A stretch of 64,000 bases of DNA, taken from assembly GCA_016748015.1 (NCBI GenBank), contig JAAOMT010000599.1:186001-250000 (forward strand), read 5' to 3'. The notes under the pieces were generated by a model. The model did not search any database, was not told the DNA's origin, and saw only the letters and a list, made by a program, of their open reading frames with translations. Each line of letters begins with the position of its first letter. Positions within the stretch are counted from its first letter, which is position 1. Shown piece by piece: positions 61,580 through 64,000 of this stretch. Origin of the DNA: Geosiphon pyriformis uo1 (lineage: Eukaryota; Fungi; Glomeromycota). The position numbers and the translations under genes were made by a program.

Positions 61580-64000
61580 ATGTCTGCCGCGCTAATTGCC
61601 ACAGCGGATATTGCTTATGCCGCTAGCAATGTTGTCTACACAATAGAACCCGCACCCCCAGTGGCTGGTAAATACCATACTATCTTCACCACTGAACTGG
61701 TACAGCGCAAGAAAGAAGCTACAAAGAATATCTTTGATCAAACTCCCGAATTGCATATACTCCTCGCCAACCAAGACCCATTTTCCAAATTGCATTCTGA
61801 AAACGCAAAAGGTGCCTTGGTTTCTGTGCTCACCACTTCAAAAACACTCATCCCAGCGATTCCTCATTTATATAAGCTCGCCAATGATAAATCAGCTACG
61901 GTTATTCATGTAGCCGTAGAATGCAACCCAGCTACTAATTTGGGTGATTACACAGATATAATGGCTGTCAGGCAAACTGGTTTCGCAATGCTTGTGTCTA
62001 CTGGTGGGCAAGAAACAATGGATATTGCCTTGATTGCCCATGCTTTGGCTTTAAAGACTGGTGTACCAGTTTTGCATTTTTTCGATTCACATGCCCCTAA
62101 ATTGGCTTCATCCGCCGCCTCCATTTCATCCGTTTCTTCAATAAAGTCTACTACATCTGAATATGAGAAACTGACATATTTTGGCAATGACATTATTAAG
62201 AGACTTCTGCCAGAGGCAGATATTGTCAAATATAAAGAGTCGCGTCAGGCAAGTGAGGGAGACTACCAAAAAGAAATTTATTTTCGACCGGTAAAGGATG
62301 CTACAGTAGAAACTGATTCTAATGAAAAATTTGATTATTTCGCTACTGCTGAGGAAATTTTTAGGCGCTTTAAATCAAATTCTGCCCGATCATATCATTG
62401 CCTAGAATTCATTGGTAGTCCCGAAGCAAATTCGCTCCTTATAACTTTAGGTTCTGGATCGGTTTTGGTGCAACAAACTGTAAAGAAGTACCCCAGCTTA
62501 AAAATTGCTATAATCAAAGTTAGACTTTATCGTCCATGGCCAGAAAAGTTACTGCTCAATGCCATTCCCAAATCTACAGAAAAGATTGCCATTTTAGAGC
62601 AAGTGACTAAACGTACCATAAAGTGGACACCTTTATATTTAGATGTGATTGCATCATTTCAAAATCGCGAGTTATGGACCGGAGAAATTCCTATGGTTAC
62701 AAGTGGGCAATATGGTTTATTAGATGAAAATTTAATTGATAACGCAGTTCTCGCTGTTTTCGAAAACCTTGCTTTAAGTGAACCGCGAAAAGATTTCATC
62801 TTTGGAAGATTTCAGTCGCCAAAAGAGCTTCAAAGCATTAATAGTGTGGAGCCTGTAGGGTTCATAAAACCACCCGCACTTGAAACCTCTTATTTGAAAA
62901 TGCTCCAGGAAATATTTTCGGATCGATTATTCATCGCAAATGCGACTTCTAAAGGAAATGTTGGACATTTGGAAACTCTTCAGTCTACGCCTGAATTTGG
63001 TTTTGGAGTTTTGATTTCAAAACTCCAAAATCGTACGCGATTCGCTGAACTTGTGTCACAACTTGTAAAAAATCCGTCCATCGATATTTCTGAGCCTTTA
63101 CACAGTGTACTGTCCCTATGGCTTTTGCACAAAGAAGATGCAGAACTATCAAAAAGTTATGGAAATTCAGCCATCGATCTACTAATCGAATCTCACCAAA
63201 CTCATCCTATTTTACATAAAATTTTTGAGCACAAAGACCAATTTATCAAACCAGCGCAATGGCTTGTTGGTTCAGATGCATGGTCCTATGATATTGGGGG
63301 TTCTGGTGTTCACCATGTTATATCATCTGGAAAGGATATCAATTTATTGATCATTGATTCTCAACCATATACCAAACGAACAGCGGCTGACCCTGAAAAG
63401 CGTAAAAAAGATATTGGCCTTTATGCCATGAATTATGGTGATGTATATGTTGCATCAGTAGCCTTATATTCTTCATATACTCAAGTATTGCACGCGTTAA
63501 TTGAAGCCGAAAAGTTTCAAGGTCCCTCCATTGTGCTTGCTTATTTACCATATCACAGCGAGAATGACACAACAATCACAGTTCTGCAAGAGACAAAACT
63601 AGCTATTGATAGCGGATATTGGCCTTTGTATAGATGGAATCCTGCACTAGAAAAAGAAGGAAAAGAGCCATTCACTTTGGACTCTGAGCGTATAAAACAA
63701 GATCTACAAGCTTTCTTAGATCGGGAAAACCATCTAACTCAAATTGTAAATACTAATCCAGAGTTGTCTTCTCTACTAACATCCTCGTTAGAAGCAGAAA
63801 TTGCTTCACGTCAAAAATTACGTGCGAAATCCGCTTACGAAAAGTTATTAGATGGATTAACTGGGCCGCCTCTCTTAATACTTTTCGGATCTGATAACGG
63901 GAATGCTGAAGGAGTTGCACGTAGATTACAAAAAGGAGCAGTAGCGCGGGGAGTTAATGCTAGATGCATGGCAATGGATGAGTATCTATTTGAGGAATTG
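61580..64000 (+). CDS. MET5: Sulfite reductase beta subunit (PFOR-like N-terminal domains + flavodoxin); 3' part lies outside the window
   Basis: Open frame from ATG 61580 to the window end (807 codons, no stop, so it is absent from the ORF track). Motifs: DYTDIMAVRQTGF; KVRLYRPW; PEFGFG; WLVGSDAWSYDIGGSGVHHVISSG; KKDIGLYAMNYGDVYVASVALYSSYTQ; SGYWPLYRWNP; flavodoxin ILFGSDNGNAEGVARRL. Confidence 0.92.
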   Translation, partial: MSAALIATADIAYAASNVVYTIEPAPPVAGKYHTIFTTELVQRKKEATKNIFDQTPELHILLANQDPFSKLHSENAKGALVSVLTTSKTLIPAIPHLYKLANDKSATVIHVAVECNPATNLGDYTDIMAVRQTGFAMLVSTGGQETMDIALIAHALALKTGVPVLHFFDSHAPKLASSAASISSVSSIKSTTSEYEKLTYFGNDIIKRLLPEADIVKYKESRQASEGDYQKEIYFRPVKDATVETDSNEKFDYFATAEEIFRRFKSNSARSYHCLEFIGSPEANSLLITLGSGSVLVQQTVKKYPSLKIAIIKVRLYRPWPEKLLLNAIPKSTEKIAILEQVTKRTIKWTPLYLDVIASFQNRELWTGEIPMVTSGQYGLLDENLIDNAVLAVFENLALSEPRKDFIFGRFQSPKELQSINSVEPVGFIKPPALETSYLKMLQEIFSDRLFIANATSKGNVGHLETLQSTPEFGFGVLISKLQNRTRFAELVSQLVKNPSIDISEPLHSVLSLWLLHKEDAELSKSYGNSAIDLLIESHQTHPILHKIFEHKDQFIKPAQWLVGSDAWSYDIGGSGVHHVISSGKDINLLIIDSQPYTKRTAADPEKRKKDIGLYAMNYGDVYVASVALYSSYTQVLHALIEAEKFQGPSIVLAYLPYHSENDTTITVLQETKLAIDSGYWPLYRWNPALEKEGKEPFTLDSERIKQDLQAFLDRENHLTQIVNTNPELSSLLTSSLEAEIASRQKLRAKSAYEKLLDGLTGPPLLILFGSDNGNAEGVARRLQKGAVARGVNARCMAMDEYLFEEL

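Noticed and set aside
47075-64000. PET8 (SAM carrier) and MET5 as a sulfur/SAM gene cluster
   Set aside because: They are 13 kb apart with unrelated genes between; there is no evidence beyond proximity.

Overview
Eukaryotic, intron-rich fungal DNA. The gene style and repeat families suggest Mucoromycota/Glomeromycotina, possibly Geosiphon-like; that is an inference, not a database result. The left 9.5 kb holds the 3' part of a multi-exon Pan1/intersectin-like endocytic scaffold (EH-coiled coil-WH2-SH3-SH3-DH-PH-C2) and a single-exon hypothetical membrane protein. From about 10 to 47 kb is a CpG-depleted, nested transposon island. It contains a minus-strand APE/RT/RNase H LINE split by a complete Ty3/Gypsy LTR element and by a solo LTR of the same family. 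The Gypsy element encodes an unknown Cys-rich domain and a dUTPase between protease and RT. Three plus-strand copies of the same LINE family follow: a near-pure A/T 'ghost', a nearly full-length copy and a 5'-truncated copy. The right 17 kb holds PET8/SAM5 (mitochondrial SAM carrier), RPC82 (Pol III subunit), a YML020W-like hydrolase ending in a PTS1 (with an assembly duplication), microsatellites and the 5' part of MET5 (sulfite reductase beta). The most notable signals are transition-only (C>T/G>A), context-broad hypermutation confined to repeats; a dUTPase plus novel zinc-domain Gypsy polyprotein with a Met-free N-terminal extension; conserved LINE translation-coupling and 3'-UTR structures; and stop-containing introns that could produce Pan1-like, short and long intersectin isoforms from one gene.
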